64,000 nucleotides of DNA from Candidatus Magasanikiibacteriota bacterium (GCA_021648085.1 JAKITS010000001.1:746759-810758), one strand, 5' to 3'; positions 1 through 10,374 are shown, counted from the first letter of the stretch. Made by a program: numbers and translations. The notes: generated by a model from the letters alone, not told the origin.

Positions 1-26
1 CAAAGAAAGATCACAACTTTTAGCTG

Positions 27-971
27 ATGTCAGGAAATTGGAAAAAGCTATCAGAATCGAAATCAAGTAATATGAAAAAGAAAGTTTACCTACTCACAAC
101 CTGTAAACCTGAAAACTCTTCAGTAAGTACAAGAATCTTGGGAGAGTCTGCAAAAAAATTAAATATAGAACTAAAAACAATATATACTGAACATTGTCAT
201 TTAAAAATAGAAGATGGAAAACTTACCCTTTTTGAAAATGACAAAATACTAAAAGGAATAAAAAAAATATTATTCAGAAAAACTGTATCATCTACAAGTA
301 GTGTTTTCCACAAATCAATACTTCATCAATTTGAACTTAACGGTACAAAAGTTATAAACAGAATTCAAGGAATTTCTCAAACACGAGATCAATTTCACAC
401 ACTTCAAATATTGGCAAAATATAGCATACCAACACCAAAAAGTTTTCTTTTAGGATCTATAAAACAAATAGATTCTATCATAAAAGAAATTGGAAAACCG
501 CCCTATATTGTAAAAATTCTAGATAGCAAAAAAGGTAGAGGGGTTTTTATTTTGGAAAGTAAAAGAAGTCTAATTTCTTTTGCGAGTATAATAGTCGGTA
601 GCAGAGAATTTCCACCACTTTTAATTCAAGAATTTATAGCAGAAGCAAAAGGAAAAGATATAAGAGTTTTTATAATAGGAAACAAAGTCGTAGCTTCAAT
701 GGAAAGAAAAGCAATGAAAAAAGGAGAGTTTCGTTCAAATTATAAACTTGGTGGAAGTGTAAAAAAAATAAAAATTACAAAAGAAGAAGAAAAATTAGCA
801 TTAAAAGCGGCAAAAGTATGCGGGTTACAAATAGTAGGTGTAGATATTATAAGAAGCAAAAAGGGTCCACTAATAATAGAGTTAAACTCGAATCCAGGAC
901 TGGAAGGAATTACAAAAGCAACAGAAAAAGATATTGCTGGCGAGATTTTAAAATATGCAATAAATCGATAA
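27..971 (+). CDS. ATP-grasp ligase, RimK (ribosomal protein S6 glutamate ligase)-like
   Basis: 314 aa with ATP-grasp motifs (KPPYIVKILDSKKGRGVFI ... IRVFIIGNKVVASMERKA ... GEFRSNYKLGGS ... VDIIRSKKGPLIIELNSNPG). It is followed by an intrinsic terminator. Confidence 0.6.
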   Translation: MSGNWKKLSESKSSNMKKKVYLLTTCKPENSSVSTRILGESAKKLNIELKTIYTEHCHLKIEDGKLTLFENDKILKGIKKILFRKTVSSTSSVFHKSILHQFELNGTKVINRIQGISQTRDQFHTLQILAKYSIPTPKSFLLGSIKQIDSIIKEIGKPPYIVKILDSKKGRGVFILESKRSLISFASIIVGSREFPPLLIQEFIAEAKGKDIRVFIIGNKVVASMERKAMKKGEFRSNYKLGGSVKKIKITKEEEKLALKAAKVCGLQIVGVDIIRSKKGPLIIELNSNPGLEGITKATEKDIAGEILKYAINR

Positions 972-1055
972 TATTTAGTATATCGCCTAGTTTAATGAAT
1001 TAGTAAACTTTGTTTGCTTTGATAAATCTCTTCACTTAAATTAGAACAAAAATAA

Positions 1056-1085
1056 AAAAAGAGTTTTAAAACTCTTTTTTTATTT
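1056..1085 (+). terminator. rho-independent terminator (aaagagttttaaaactcttt palindrome plus T-run)
   Basis: Perfect 20-bp palindrome followed by TTTTTTTATTTT, lying downstream of the RimK-like gene. Confidence 0.6.
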
Positions 1086-1107
1086 TCTATCATCCTGAAT
1101 ATATGCC

Positions 1108-1240
1108 TGTCTATTATTTTTAACTTGATCGGGGATCCAAGGTTTGCATAGTAATGTAATTATTATAGTTTATATATTTTTATATAAAATAATTCTAATT
1201 TATAGACTCTGAATTCCCGATCAGGGTCGGGAATGACAAA
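1108..1240. mobile_element. MITE-like element, family B (termini ...TTGATCGGGGATCC / GACTCTGAATTCCCGATCAGGGTCGGGAATGACAAA)
   Basis: Nearly identical to copy 1418-1556, and to 56534-56665 in reverse complement. The internal core is TTTGCATAGTAATGTAATTATTATAGTTTATATATTTTTATATAAAATAATT. Confidence 0.6.
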
Positions 1241-1248
1241 ATAAAATA

Positions 1249-1372
1249 CACGTCATATTGAGCGGAACGGAGTGGAGTCGAAATATCTCGGGATTGTATC
1301 ATTAGAACTTTGAGTATTTTGTGTTTTAATGATCCTGAATCGAGATCCTTCGGCTTCGCTCAGGATGACGTG
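1249..1372. mobile_element. MITE-like element, family A (CACGTCATATTGAGCGGAACGRAGTGGAGTCGAAATATCTCG ... CGAGATCCTTCGGCTTCGCTCAGGATGACGTG)
   Basis: About 125 bp with imperfect terminal inverted repeats of roughly 35 bp. The same unit recurs at more than 20 loci in this window. Confidence 0.7.
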
Positions 1373-1417
1373 ATGGAAAACTCCCCTCAGGATGATGTGT
1401 GGGATTTTTGTCATTTT

Positions 1418-1556
1418 TAATTTGATTGAGGGTCCCAGCCTGCCGACGGGCAGGCAGGATTTATATTACAATGTAATTATTATAGTTTATATATTTTTAT
1501 ATAAAATAATTATATTTTGTAGACTCTGGATTCACAGTCAAGCTAGGAATGACAAA
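1418..1556. mobile_element. MITE-like element, family B copy with an inserted GC hairpin (CCTGCCGACGGGCAGGCAGG)
   Basis: Direct repeat of 1108-1240, about 320 bp away. It carries an extra GCCGGCAGGC-type palindrome. Confidence 0.6.
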
Positions 1557-1587
1557 TATTAATTTAGTATAAATGAACCTTTATTTT

Positions 1588-4500
1588 TTAAATCCCCAAT
1601 TCACCAACCCATGAGAATGTTTCCTCAATGTTCTTCAAAATAACTTGGAACACACTTTCTTTTTGTTTTGGTGTTAGAATTGTGAATGTTCTTGATTTTG
1701 TTATGTTTCCAGTTGAGTCTTTGCTTTCTACTTGAAACTGGTAAACAGAGCCTGGTTCAAAATTTGTAAGAACCAGAACGTGCCTCTTTACATAATTTGG
1801 ATCTAGTGCTGTCTTACTTTTCAATGTGTCTGAAGTGCTAAATCCTTTTTGAAAATAAATCTGACTTGTTGACGGCTCATTTGTAGCCCAAGAAATCACA
1901 GCTTGAATTCTTTGATCATCTCCAGGCAGCATTGCAGAATCTGTTTGAACTTGTGAAATTATAGGTGCCATGTCTATATCAGTAGTAGAATATGTTGGGA
2001 TTACCTTTGAGACTATGTTTCCGGAAACATCTTTTCCAGAAAGTTCTATTTGATACACAATTCCCCCTTCAAAATCTCTGATCTCAATTTCGTGAATTGT
2101 TGTCATAGCTTTATCATCTTTTGAAACTGCCTCATCAAATGACAACACACCATCTCTATATGGAGTATATGTAACTTTTGAGTCTGCAATTACACTTGTC
2201 ACCCAATAAAAATTGGCTTGATCCATAGCGGAAGAGTCTATTCTATAATTTGTAATTTCCACCTCTTCTTGTCTTGTGATAAATATAAAATTTGGTGATT
2301 TTGAAAGAGGGCTTACTGGAGTTTTACTTTGCACTTGATAATTATAGGATGTTCCTGGACTTAGCTCATTTACTACCACAGTATGTTCTGTCACATCTGC
2401 ATCTGAATTACCTACAACCTGGCTATATTTTCCTGTATTCCCAAAAATATTAGATTGGGCAAAAGCTACCAAAGAATTAGAGTTTTTATCTGTTGTCCAC
2501 GAAATACGCGCAGAAGTTGCCCCCGCATCAACCACTGGCTGACCTCCGATAAGTGGTGACGGAATTAATCGCGCCAATTCTCGCAATGATTTATATTGTG
2601 TATTTACCTCCCTTTCAAGTGCTGCTACAGAAACTTGTGTTGCCATTTTTGCAATCAACTCACGAGTTCTTTGCAATAGGTTTGCAAATGAACTTTCAGA
2701 CGTGCCTTCATCGTCTATTTCTGCCAAATCTTCTTCCGACAAAAATGTTTTTGTCTCAAAAGTAAAATCTTCCGAATTTGTTCTATTTCCACCTGCATCT
2801 AATGTCGTCACACGGTAATGATATGTTGTTCCAGCAGACAAATGAAGTATTGTGACTTCATGATTAGTAACATTTGCAACAGAACCAGCAATACTTCCAT
2901 AAGAATCAGAAAGTCCAAACTCCACAATACTATCTCCAACCTCATCACTTTCCCAAGTCATTACAGCAGAATCCATTGTTATGTCTTTTACATTTATATT
3001 AAATATTGATGGTGGGATTGAATCTCCTCCTTGAATAATTATCATTCCTCCAGAAGATGCATTTGCCTGACCTGTCGCTTCTGCTGCTGCTTCTCTAATT
3101 TCTACAGCTGACTCTTCTGATAACAACTCCAAAGTTGTAAATGTATATTCTGTAGAAGTTGAAGTATTACCAGAACCATCTGTTGAAACAACAATATAGA
3201 AATAAGGTGTATCTACAGTAAGCCCTGTCAAAGTAACAGCATGATTTGTATTTAAATTGGAATTTTCTATTGTAATAGTATCGTACACTCCAGTTGCAAC
3301 CCCATATTGAACTTGCGATGTTGCCCCTTCGTTTGATGTCCAAGTAATTACAGCATCGTCGTCTGTGACGCCAATTGCGGTAATCGCTGTTAAAACTGGC
3401 GCGACCGTATCATTTGATGTAGTAAAAGAATAATAACTTCCGCCATTATTATCTACAGCAACACCAGAAACAACATAATAGTAATATGTTGTAGCCGCGA
3501 CAAGCCCAGTCACATTTGCGGTATGTTCTGTCACACTTTCAGAAACTGTAAGCTCTGTTGCCTCAGAAAGATCTGAATTTGTTGAATAAAATATAGAAGT
3601 ATTCGATGATTGATCTGTATTCCAAGTAATTGTAGCATTTGTGTTTAAAACTGTTTTAGTTGTTACAGCCGAGATAGAAGGTCCATCTACTGTTGTAAAT
3701 GAATAGCCATCTCCACCATTTACCTCTGTTCCTATATTTCCAGAAGGGTCTACCGATTTTGCTTGATAATAATAGGTAGTATTTGGAGTAAGCCCTGTTA
3801 TTGCAACCGAATGCTGATCTCCACTTGCAGAAACGCTATCCACCATAGTTGAAACACCCACAGAAGTTGTAAATGTAGCAGGAGTTGTAGAATAAGTAAT
3901 TGTAGAATCAGAAAGCTCATCTGTATCCCAAACTATAACTACAGATTGAGTGGACAGTGTGGAGGTTGTCACATTTGTAATGGTTGGAGATGTAGCATCA
4001 GAACCACCCTGCCCATTTGGTTGGTCGGACAAAACAGAAGAGAAAAAAGAAGCATTTCCATCATCATCTACTGTATTTGCTTTATAATAATATTCCGATG
4101 AGGAAACCAAACTACGATTAAAATAATAGTTTGTCGTTCTTGTGGTCACCTCTGTCAAAATAGAAAAGTCTGTACCATTTGTCGATTGCCACACTTGATA
4201 CCTATTAAATGGTTCAGATACAGTTCTCCATGCAAAGAAATGTTGATATTCATCTGTACTTACATTTGAAAGATCTCTCAAAATAATTAGCTCTGGTGTC
4301 TCGGCAGTTGATGCACTTGCAGAATATGTGTTTTGATAAGCATCTTTAAATCTCACATATCCTGTGTCTGGGTCTGTCACAAATGATAATGATGATGTTG
4401 TGTTGTAGTCAGTGTAGCTACTACAATCTGAATAATCGCTTTGGATAGTCACGCACATTTGCAAACCAGCGCTATCATCTGATCCTGAAAGTGTTACCAA

Positions 4501-7500
4501 TGCTGGTGTGGATGTAGCCTCCACATATATTGGAATAATACCTGGAGTTGGATCTTTTACATCCACAGTAAAGACAGTAGACGAGCTAAGTGCTGTATTA
4601 TTTGCACCTTCTCCATCGTTTATTGTCACGCGAATTGCAAATGTTGTGGAGTATGTCCCATCTATTTGAGCTTTTGAATTCCATGTTGGGGTATATGTTG
4701 TATAGTTGGTAGTTGTAACAGTTTTTGTAGATGTTGCATTTGCAGAAAGTCCGGTGGTAATTGGAGTCCAATTGTTTCCACTATCTGTAGAATAATGAAA
4801 AGACGGTGTAACACATTCAGCACAGTTTACACCACTTGATGCAGTGTCAGTATCACGAACAGAATATGCTATGTTTATATAACCAGTACTTGTAGCCTGT
4901 ACAGCAGTAATTGTGCTTTCAAAATTTGGAGCATCATTTACCACATATGTCATATTTAAATCTGAAAGTATTGGCACATTTATTCCATCGGAAGTTAAGA
5001 TAGCCTTATACTGAACCCACTGATCATTTACTCCATCTGTATTTGTGCTGTTTATTGTGTGTCCGCCAGCAGGAGTAGAATAATAATCTGCATCACTAGT
5101 TGGGCCCAACCAAGAAGTCCATGTTCCGGGAGAGCCACTAGAATCTGGTGCTGTACGAAGTTGAAACCTCACATTTGAACCTGTTGGTTTTGTCTCTATC
5201 CAAGACATATCACCCATTACATTTGCAGAGCTTCCAGTGTCATAAGCAGAAGATATTAGGCTTTGATTTGTGAGTGGATAGCTTTGGTGAACTATTGTGA
5301 TATCTTCTATTGTTGGTGTTGCGTCCACATCGCTTGATGTTAGAATAGCTTGGTATTGCACATACCTATTCGTATCCGATACACAAGTAGCGTCATCTGT
5401 GATGTCTGTGCCAGAACTTAGAGAAGTACATGTTCCCCACTCTCCTGCTCCGCTCATACCAGAATCATCAGATGTTCTGGCTTTTACTGTTAGAGTTGTA
5501 TTTGATGGGAGAGCACCATTCCAAGAAAGTGCGCCAAAAGAAACATTTGCAGTTGTATCTATTATTGAGGAGGTGAAAGTTCCTGAAGTTTTGTAATTTT
5601 GTACTTTTATTATATCTAAATAGCTAGTACTGTTTTTTGAATTGTACACATAAAGATAATTATCCAACACAAAGACATCTGAAAGAGTATTGTACGATCT
5701 ATTTGAAGCGTGAGTTATATTAGCAGGATCAGATATGTTTATTACAGCAAACTCTTTTGAACTTGATAAATAAGCGTAATCTCCAGAAACTGAAATATTT
5801 CTAACCACTACTCCAATATTTATAGAATCAGATAGTGTTGGTGCAGTAGAGCTAGAAACATCTACAACATATAATCCATTTACCCCACAAGCAAGGTAAG
5901 CATAATTTCCTATCACACTCAAATCATAAACATTACTTCCACAAGCAGTATATGAACCAACAATTGATGGTGCAGTAGAGCTAGAAACATCTATTATTTG
6001 AAGTCCTCCCGTATTATCATCTGCTACATATGCAATTGTGCCAGAAACCACAACAGCATACGCAAGACCTGGTGTATCTTGTGTCGCCAAAAGAGTTGGT
6101 GCAGTAGAGCTAGAAACATCTATTAAATGAAGCCCTGCAGAAAAATCTGCCACATATGCAATTGTGCCAGAGACAAAAATATCATAAGCATAATTAGTTG
6201 TATTATAAGTTCCCAAAATAACAGGTGCCGTAGAGCTAGAGACATCTACTATTTTAAGACCAGAACTTCTTGCAGCTACATATGCAATTGAACCAGAGAC
6301 AAAAACATTGTTTGTGCTATCTCCCATTGTTGCTGTAGTCCCCAAAACAACCGGTGAATTAGGATTAGAAATATCTACTATTTTCATCTTATTAAAAGTA
6401 CTTTGCACAACATATGCCAAGTCTCCAGAAACAAAAAGTTCTCCAGAATAATTATCTTCAAAATTAACACTTCCTGTTTTACTTAAAGATGTAAAACTAG
6501 ACACATCTAAAATACTTAAAGTACCATAAGAGGTACTTCCCAAATATACAATATCATTAAAAACATTTAAATATCTTATCGAATAAAAAGACATATTTCT
6601 TGCTATTACAATAGGATTGGTAGAGCTAGAAACATCAATTATTATTACACCTCCATCAGTACCACTATCTTCTGCAAGATAGACATTTGTACCAACCAAA
6701 TCTAAACTGTAAGAACTTCCTTCAACAACATCAAAAGTAGTCGAAAGATTAATATTAGTAGAACTGGCAATATCTACAATTTTTAAACCATTTGTATAAT
6801 CTGCCACATAAGCAATAGTATTAGAAACAACAACATCATAAGCCCTGGTCATAGCTAAACTATCTAAAACTGTTGGGTTTGTAGAGCTAGACACATCTAT
6901 AGTTCTAATATTATAATAATCTGCTAAATATGCAACTGTACCAGAAACAGTGACGGAGTAAGCTATACCAGAATCTAGATAAGTTCCAATAATATTGGGA
7001 GTAGTAGGGTTAGAAATATCTATTATCCTTAAGCCGCCAGTACTATCTGCAACATAAGCGATAGTACCAGAGACAAAAACATCTTGAGCACCAACAGTTG
7101 CAACACTACCGATAATAGAAGCTGTTGCGTAATTAGCTACATCTATAATAACTAAACCGTCTGTTCCAGCAGCCACATAAGCCAAAGTACCCACAAGTTC
7201 AACACCATACCCCTTATTTGTAAGTGTTATACTTTTCAAAATATTAGGATTATAAGGATCTGTCACATCTAATATTCTAAAATCTCCACTACCGTCTGCC
7301 AAATATGCGAGTGTGCCTGATACAAAAATATCATATGGACCTGAGACAGGAAAATATGTATTAGAAGACCTGTCGGATAAATCCGTAAAACTTATATCTG
7401 TTCCTAAATTTAAAGTATCATTAGACGCAGTGGTAGAAGAGTGAGTCCCACCATCAAAATCTGCGTTTGATGTTTGTGTGTTGTTTGTGTCTGCTAGACT

Positions 7501-7866
7501 TAGTGTAAGCTCTGTTCCTGTTGATATTGAACTAGAAGCAGAATCATAAAGTGTCCAACCTGTTTTGTTTGTTGGGTGTACTCCTGTTGCGGTAGTACTC
7601 GCTGCTGTCCATTCTGTCTGCACAAAATCATAAGTAGCAGCCCAAATTGGTGGTGCTTTGTCTACAAAATAAATAGTGGCTTGAATCATAACTACAAGAA
7701 AGAATACCCAAGAAACAAAAGCAACTCGCAAAGGGTGAAACTTCTTTGATATAAATATTTCTTTTAAGTTTGTCCAAAGATTTACATTGCCTTTAAAGAA
7801 GTTTGGTGTGAAAAAATGAAGGATAAACAAAGGAAAAAATACAATACTTTTCAAATAGTGCACCAA
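1588..7866 (-). CDS. giant surface protein (~2090 aa): N-terminal TM/signal anchor, Thr/Ser-rich region, multiple LVIVD beta-propeller repeats, Ig/FN3-like domains
   Basis: LVIVD-type repeats such as GTLAYLADGSGDFRILDVTDPYNPN, GTLAYVAAGTDGLVIIDVANYATA and GTIAYVADSTGGLRIIDISNPTTPN recur many times. The C-terminal half has FN3-like modules. The likely true start is TTG/GTG at 7866/7863, preceded by AGGA. The ORF-track extension to 8508 reads in frame through two family-A MITE copies and is an artefact. Confidence 0.7.
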   Translation of the reverse strand: MVHYLKSIVFFPLFILHFFTPNFFKGNVNLWTNLKEIFISKKFHPLRVAFVSWVFFLVVMIQATIYFVDKAPPIWAATYDFVQTEWTAASTTATGVHPTNKTGWTLYDSASSSISTGTELTLSLADTNNTQTSNADFDGGTHSSTTASNDTLNLGTDISFTDLSDRSSNTYFPVSGPYDIFVSGTLAYLADGSGDFRILDVTDPYNPNILKSITLTNKGYGVELVGTLAYVAAGTDGLVIIDVANYATASIIGSVATVGAQDVFVSGTIAYVADSTGGLRIIDISNPTTPNIIGTYLDSGIAYSVTVSGTVAYLADYYNIRTIDVSSSTNPTVLDSLAMTRAYDVVVSNTIAYVADYTNGLKIVDIASSTNINLSTTFDVVEGSSYSLDLVGTNVYLAEDSGTDGGVIIIDVSSSTNPIVIARNMSFYSIRYLNVFNDIVYLGSTSYGTLSILDVSSFTSLSKTGSVNFEDNYSGELFVSGDLAYVVQSTFNKMKIVDISNPNSPVVLGTTATMGDSTNNVFVSGSIAYVAARSSGLKIVDVSSSTAPVILGTYNTTNYAYDIFVSGTIAYVADFSAGLHLIDVSSSTAPTLLATQDTPGLAYAVVVSGTIAYVADDNTGGLQIIDVSSSTAPSIVGSYTACGSNVYDLSVIGNYAYLACGVNGLYVVDVSSSTAPTLSDSINIGVVVRNISVSGDYAYLSSSKEFAVINISDPANITHASNRSYNTLSDVFVLDNYLYVYNSKNSTSYLDIIKVQNYKTSGTFTSSIIDTTANVSFGALSWNGALPSNTTLTVKARTSDDSGMSGAGEWGTCTSLSSGTDITDDATCVSDTNRYVQYQAILTSSDVDATPTIEDITIVHQSYPLTNQSLISSAYDTGSSANVMGDMSWIETKPTGSNVRFQLRTAPDSSGSPGTWTSWLGPTSDADYYSTPAGGHTINSTNTDGVNDQWVQYKAILTSDGINVPILSDLNMTYVVNDAPNFESTITAVQATSTGYINIAYSVRDTDTASSGVNCAECVTPSFHYSTDSGNNWTPITTGLSANATSTKTVTTTNYTTYTPTWNSKAQIDGTYSTTFAIRVTINDGEGANNTALSSSTVFTVDVKDPTPGIIPIYVEATSTPALVTLSGSDDSAGLQMCVTIQSDYSDCSSYTDYNTTSSLSFVTDPDTGYVRFKDAYQNTYSASASTAETPELIILRDLSNVSTDEYQHFFAWRTVSEPFNRYQVWQSTNGTDFSILTEVTTRTTNYYFNRSLVSSSEYYYKANTVDDDGNASFFSSVLSDQPNGQGGSDATSPTITNVTTSTLSTQSVVIVWDTDELSDSTITYSTTPATFTTSVGVSTMVDSVSASGDQHSVAITGLTPNTTYYYQAKSVDPSGNIGTEVNGGDGYSFTTVDGPSISAVTTKTVLNTNATITWNTDQSSNTSIFYSTNSDLSEATELTVSESVTEHTANVTGLVAATTYYYYVVSGVAVDNNGGSYYSFTTSNDTVAPVLTAITAIGVTDDDAVITWTSNEGATSQVQYGVATGVYDTITIENSNLNTNHAVTLTGLTVDTPYFYIVVSTDGSGNTSTSTEYTFTTLELLSEESAVEIREAAAEATGQANASSGGMIIIQGGDSIPPSIFNINVKDITMDSAVMTWESDEVGDSIVEFGLSDSYGSIAGSVANVTNHEVTILHLSAGTTYHYRVTTLDAGGNRTNSEDFTFETKTFLSEEDLAEIDDEGTSESSFANLLQRTRELIAKMATQVSVAALEREVNTQYKSLRELARLIPSPLIGGQPVVDAGATSARISWTTDKNSNSLVAFAQSNIFGNTGKYSQVVGNSDADVTEHTVVVNELSPGTSYNYQVQSKTPVSPLSKSPNFIFITRQEEVEITNYRIDSSAMDQANFYWVTSVIADSKVTYTPYRDGVLSFDEAVSKDDKAMTTIHEIEIRDFEGGIVYQIELSGKDVSGNIVSKVIPTYSTTDIDMAPIISQVQTDSAMLPGDDQRIQAVISWATNEPSTSQIYFQKGFSTSDTLKSKTALDPNYVKRHVLVLTNFEPGSVYQFQVESKDSTGNITKSRTFTILTPKQKESVFQVILKNIEETFSWVGELGI

Positions 7867-8034
7867 TACACTTGTCCTAACTCCTAGAACTTCTTGGTTT
7901 GGTCTCACCGCATATTTCTTCGCCAAATTTCTGAGTTTCTTTTTTCTGTCCTTTTTTGAAACTATTTCATGATTTTGAGAACCATCCCATCTTCGAACAA
8001 TCCCCTCTTTAATCACGTCATCCTGAGCGAAGTC

Positions 8035-8157
8035 GAAGGATCTCGCTTTTGTATCACAAGACTTTGAATATTCACAATTCTGGTTATTCTTTTTCGAGAT
8101 ATTTCGACTTCGTTTCACTACGCTCAATATGACGTGTTTTTTACCGCCATTCTTTGA
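8035..8157. mobile_element. MITE family A copy (reverse orientation)
   Basis: CACGTCATCCTGAGCGAAGTCGAAGGATCTCG ... CGAGATATTTCGACTTCGTTTCACTACGCTCAATATGACGTG. Together with 8234-8376 it forms a tandem pair. Confidence 0.7.
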
Positions 8158-8233
8158 TTTAAAAATGTTCAAGCGATTCCTAACTTCGTTCGAAATGACA
8201 GAAATAAAACTTACTTTTGTATCACCATTCTTC

Positions 8234-8376
8234 CCGTCATCCTGAGCGGAATGGAACGAAGCGGAATGCAATCGAACGGATCTCGCTTTTGTATCACAAG
8301 ACTTTGAATATTCACAATTCTGGTTATTCTTTTTCGAGATATTTCGACTTCGTTTCACTACGCTCAATATGACGTG
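8234..8376. mobile_element. MITE family A copy (reverse orientation, tandem to 8035-8157)
   Basis: The internal 95 bp are identical to the copy at 8035-8157. Confidence 0.7.
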
Positions 8377-8770
8377 TTTTTTATTACTTCTTTTTTTCTT
8401 TGTTTTTGAAAGAAAATTTATATCATTCCTTTTTCTTTTTCCAAAACCAAAAGAACCACCAAGTTTCCTTAGGTATTTTTGTACTTTTTTATTTATTTTA
8501 TGAAGCACAATTCTTTTAGTTTATTTCCAAATATAAACAAATCGCCTCTGTTTAGAGCCATGTAAATATTATACCATTTTTTGAGCCTTTTTTTAAGACG
8601 CTTTCACGATAGTTATCCACATTTTTTACAATAAAAAATAACTCTTTTAAAAAGTTATTTTTTATTTTTATTTTAAACCCGTTTCTTATCACCAACAACT
8701 CATTTTTCTATTATGTTTAAACATTTTTATCTGTTTAATTCACTATTTTTTGTTTTGTGATACTTTCACG

Positions 8771-8900
8771 AGATCCTTCGGCTTCGCTCAGGATGATGTG
8801 TGAGTATTTTATGCTTCGATCAGGATAACGTGTTTTTTTATTCACATCATATTGAGTGGAGTGAAACGGAGTCGAAATATCTCGTGTTTGTTTCACTATT
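8771..8900. repeat. family A MITE fragments (R half-site followed by L half-site)
   Basis: CGAGATCCTTCGGCTTCGCTCAGGATGATGTG ... CACATCATATTGAGTGGAGTGAAACGGAGTCGAAATATCTCG. Confidence 0.5.
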
Positions 8901-8957
8901 TATATTTTATCTTTTTTTTCATTACTTAATCTACTTATTCCGCACAACTTACTTCTT

Positions 8958-9632
8958 TTATTTATTCCCCGCATCAATTTGACCTTGATAAAAATCAATT
9001 TTCCCTTGTATTTTTTCTACAGTTGGACGCTCTTCTATTTCTGCAAAACCTTTTTTAAAAAAATCAATTTCTACATCAATTTCCTCTACCCATTTTGATC
9101 CCGCTTTTTTTAATCCTCGCAATTCTTCTATTTTCTGTGTCATTTCTTCTTGCTCACTTTCCAGTTTTTCTACCAATTTTCTGTATTCATCTTTTTTTTC
9201 ATTTTGTGCCAAATCCAAAATATATTCTTTCAGTTTACTGTTTGCTTCCACTTCTGCTTTTTCTATTTCCAAATCCTCTTCCACAGAAAAATAATTTTCA
9301 TATTTATCCCCTTCTCTATAATTATGCATTTCTCCACCTTCAGACTCAAACCTATTCCACTTTTCCTTTAAGTTTTCTGGCAGTAAATCTAGAAAAAAAC
9401 CTTTTCTTTTTTCTTCTCCATAAAGCTCCAAAAATTTATTTTGCGCCTGCATAAATGGCCAAACTTTTTTTCCATAACTTATCATAGAAAACTCTACTTG
9501 CTCTGGAGTTTGTGCTTCTTTTTCCAAACGCTTATAGTCTTTCTGCCCTTCTGTAAAAACAGCAACAGGCAATCCAGCCGGTTTTTGGTCTAACAATAAT
9601 TTATATAAATCTAATGAATATTTCGGTACCAT
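8958..9632 (-). CDS. hypothetical protein (paralog of 9635-10336); acidic, coiled-coil C-terminus
   Basis: It shares an N-terminal domain of about 110 aa with the adjacent gene (VWPFMQAQNKFLELYGEEKRKGFFLDLLPENLKEKW versus LWPFWRSFYDLIGEHHKNLGEGFFVDKLENNLKSKY). No recognised family. Confidence 0.4.
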   Translation of the reverse strand: MVPKYSLDLYKLLLDQKPAGLPVAVFTEGQKDYKRLEKEAQTPEQVEFSMISYGKKVWPFMQAQNKFLELYGEEKRKGFFLDLLPENLKEKWNRFESEGGEMHNYREGDKYENYFSVEEDLEIEKAEVEANSKLKEYILDLAQNEKKDEYRKLVEKLESEQEEMTQKIEELRGLKKAGSKWVEEIDVEIDFFKKGFAEIEERPTVEKIQGKIDFYQGQIDAGNK

Positions 9633-9634
9633 AT

Positions 9635-10336
9635 TTATCTATTAAAAATTTGTTTTTCTTTTTTTCTATTGCAAAAATGTTCTTCTGCTCCAAATACTTC
9701 TCTATAATCTAACTCTGGTGCAAACCTGCACAATGAATTTTCAAAATACTGAACTTTTGAAATTATTTCTTCACTCAAACTTGGACAATCTTTCTCGTTT
9801 TCTTCTGCCATTTTTCTCAATTTTTCCAAAGTTTTATCCACCTCTTTCAAAATTTTACGATATTTTTCTATATTTTTTCTATATTTTTTATCTGAGGTGC
9901 TATAAATAGACTGTTTCGTAAATTTTTTAATATCCCCACCAACTTCTACCAAAAACTCATTCAAAAGTCTGCGTTCTTCATAAGAAAAATCCTCTATTCC
10001 TCTTCCTTTTTTAATATCGCTGAAGGTTTTTCCACTGTGTTTATAATCTCTATATTTAGATTTTAAATTATTTTCCAATTTGTCCACAAAAAAACCTTCT
10101 CCCAAATTTTTATGGTGCTCACCTATCAAATCATAAAAAGACCTCCAAAAAGGCCACAGATATCTACCAAAAAAAATAGCTATTTGCTCCAATTCTTGCA
10201 AATCAGCCTCATTTTTTCTAGCACTTTTTAAAACCTGCCCCATCCTATCCTCCACCTCGACAGGAACCATTGGTGGCAAATCATTATAAAAAAGCTCCAA
10301 CAAGTTCAAAGTATGTTGTGAATTAAAATTATTCAT
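9635..10336 (-). CDS. hypothetical protein (tandem paralog of 8958-9632)
   Basis: See the paralog at 8958-9632. The 3-bp gap between the two genes suggests an operon. Confidence 0.4.
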   Translation of the reverse strand: MNNFNSQHTLNLLELFYNDLPPMVPVEVEDRMGQVLKSARKNEADLQELEQIAIFFGRYLWPFWRSFYDLIGEHHKNLGEGFFVDKLENNLKSKYRDYKHSGKTFSDIKKGRGIEDFSYEERRLLNEFLVEVGGDIKKFTKQSIYSTSDKKYRKNIEKYRKILKEVDKTLEKLRKMAEENEKDCPSLSEEIISKVQYFENSLCRFAPELDYREVFGAEEHFCNRKKEKQIFNR

Positions 10337-10374
10337 ATAACTATTATATCACTAATTTTAAATTCAAAAAAATA

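Noticed and set aside
818-1003. 61-aa ORF overlapping the 3' end of the RimK-like gene
   Set aside because: It is an alternative-frame overlap of a well-supported gene. It is arginine- and lysine-rich and low-complexity, and it has no independent signals.
7867-8508. 5' extension of the giant ORF (214 extra codons) predicted by the six-frame track
   Set aside because: The extension is an in-frame read-through of two tandem family-A MITE copies, and the same 35-aa peptide appears twice. A TM/signal segment with plausible TTG/GTG starts and an AGGA ribosome-binding site lies at 7863-7866. It is therefore an artefact and not part of the coding sequence.
8800-8982. Small ORFs lying inside MITE copies (8800-8982, 32779-32979, 50387-50762, 62379-62573, 9095-9454)
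   Set aside because: They sit entirely within repeat units or low-complexity poly-T/A sequence, recur in the same frame wherever the repeat occurs, and have no ribosome-binding site.
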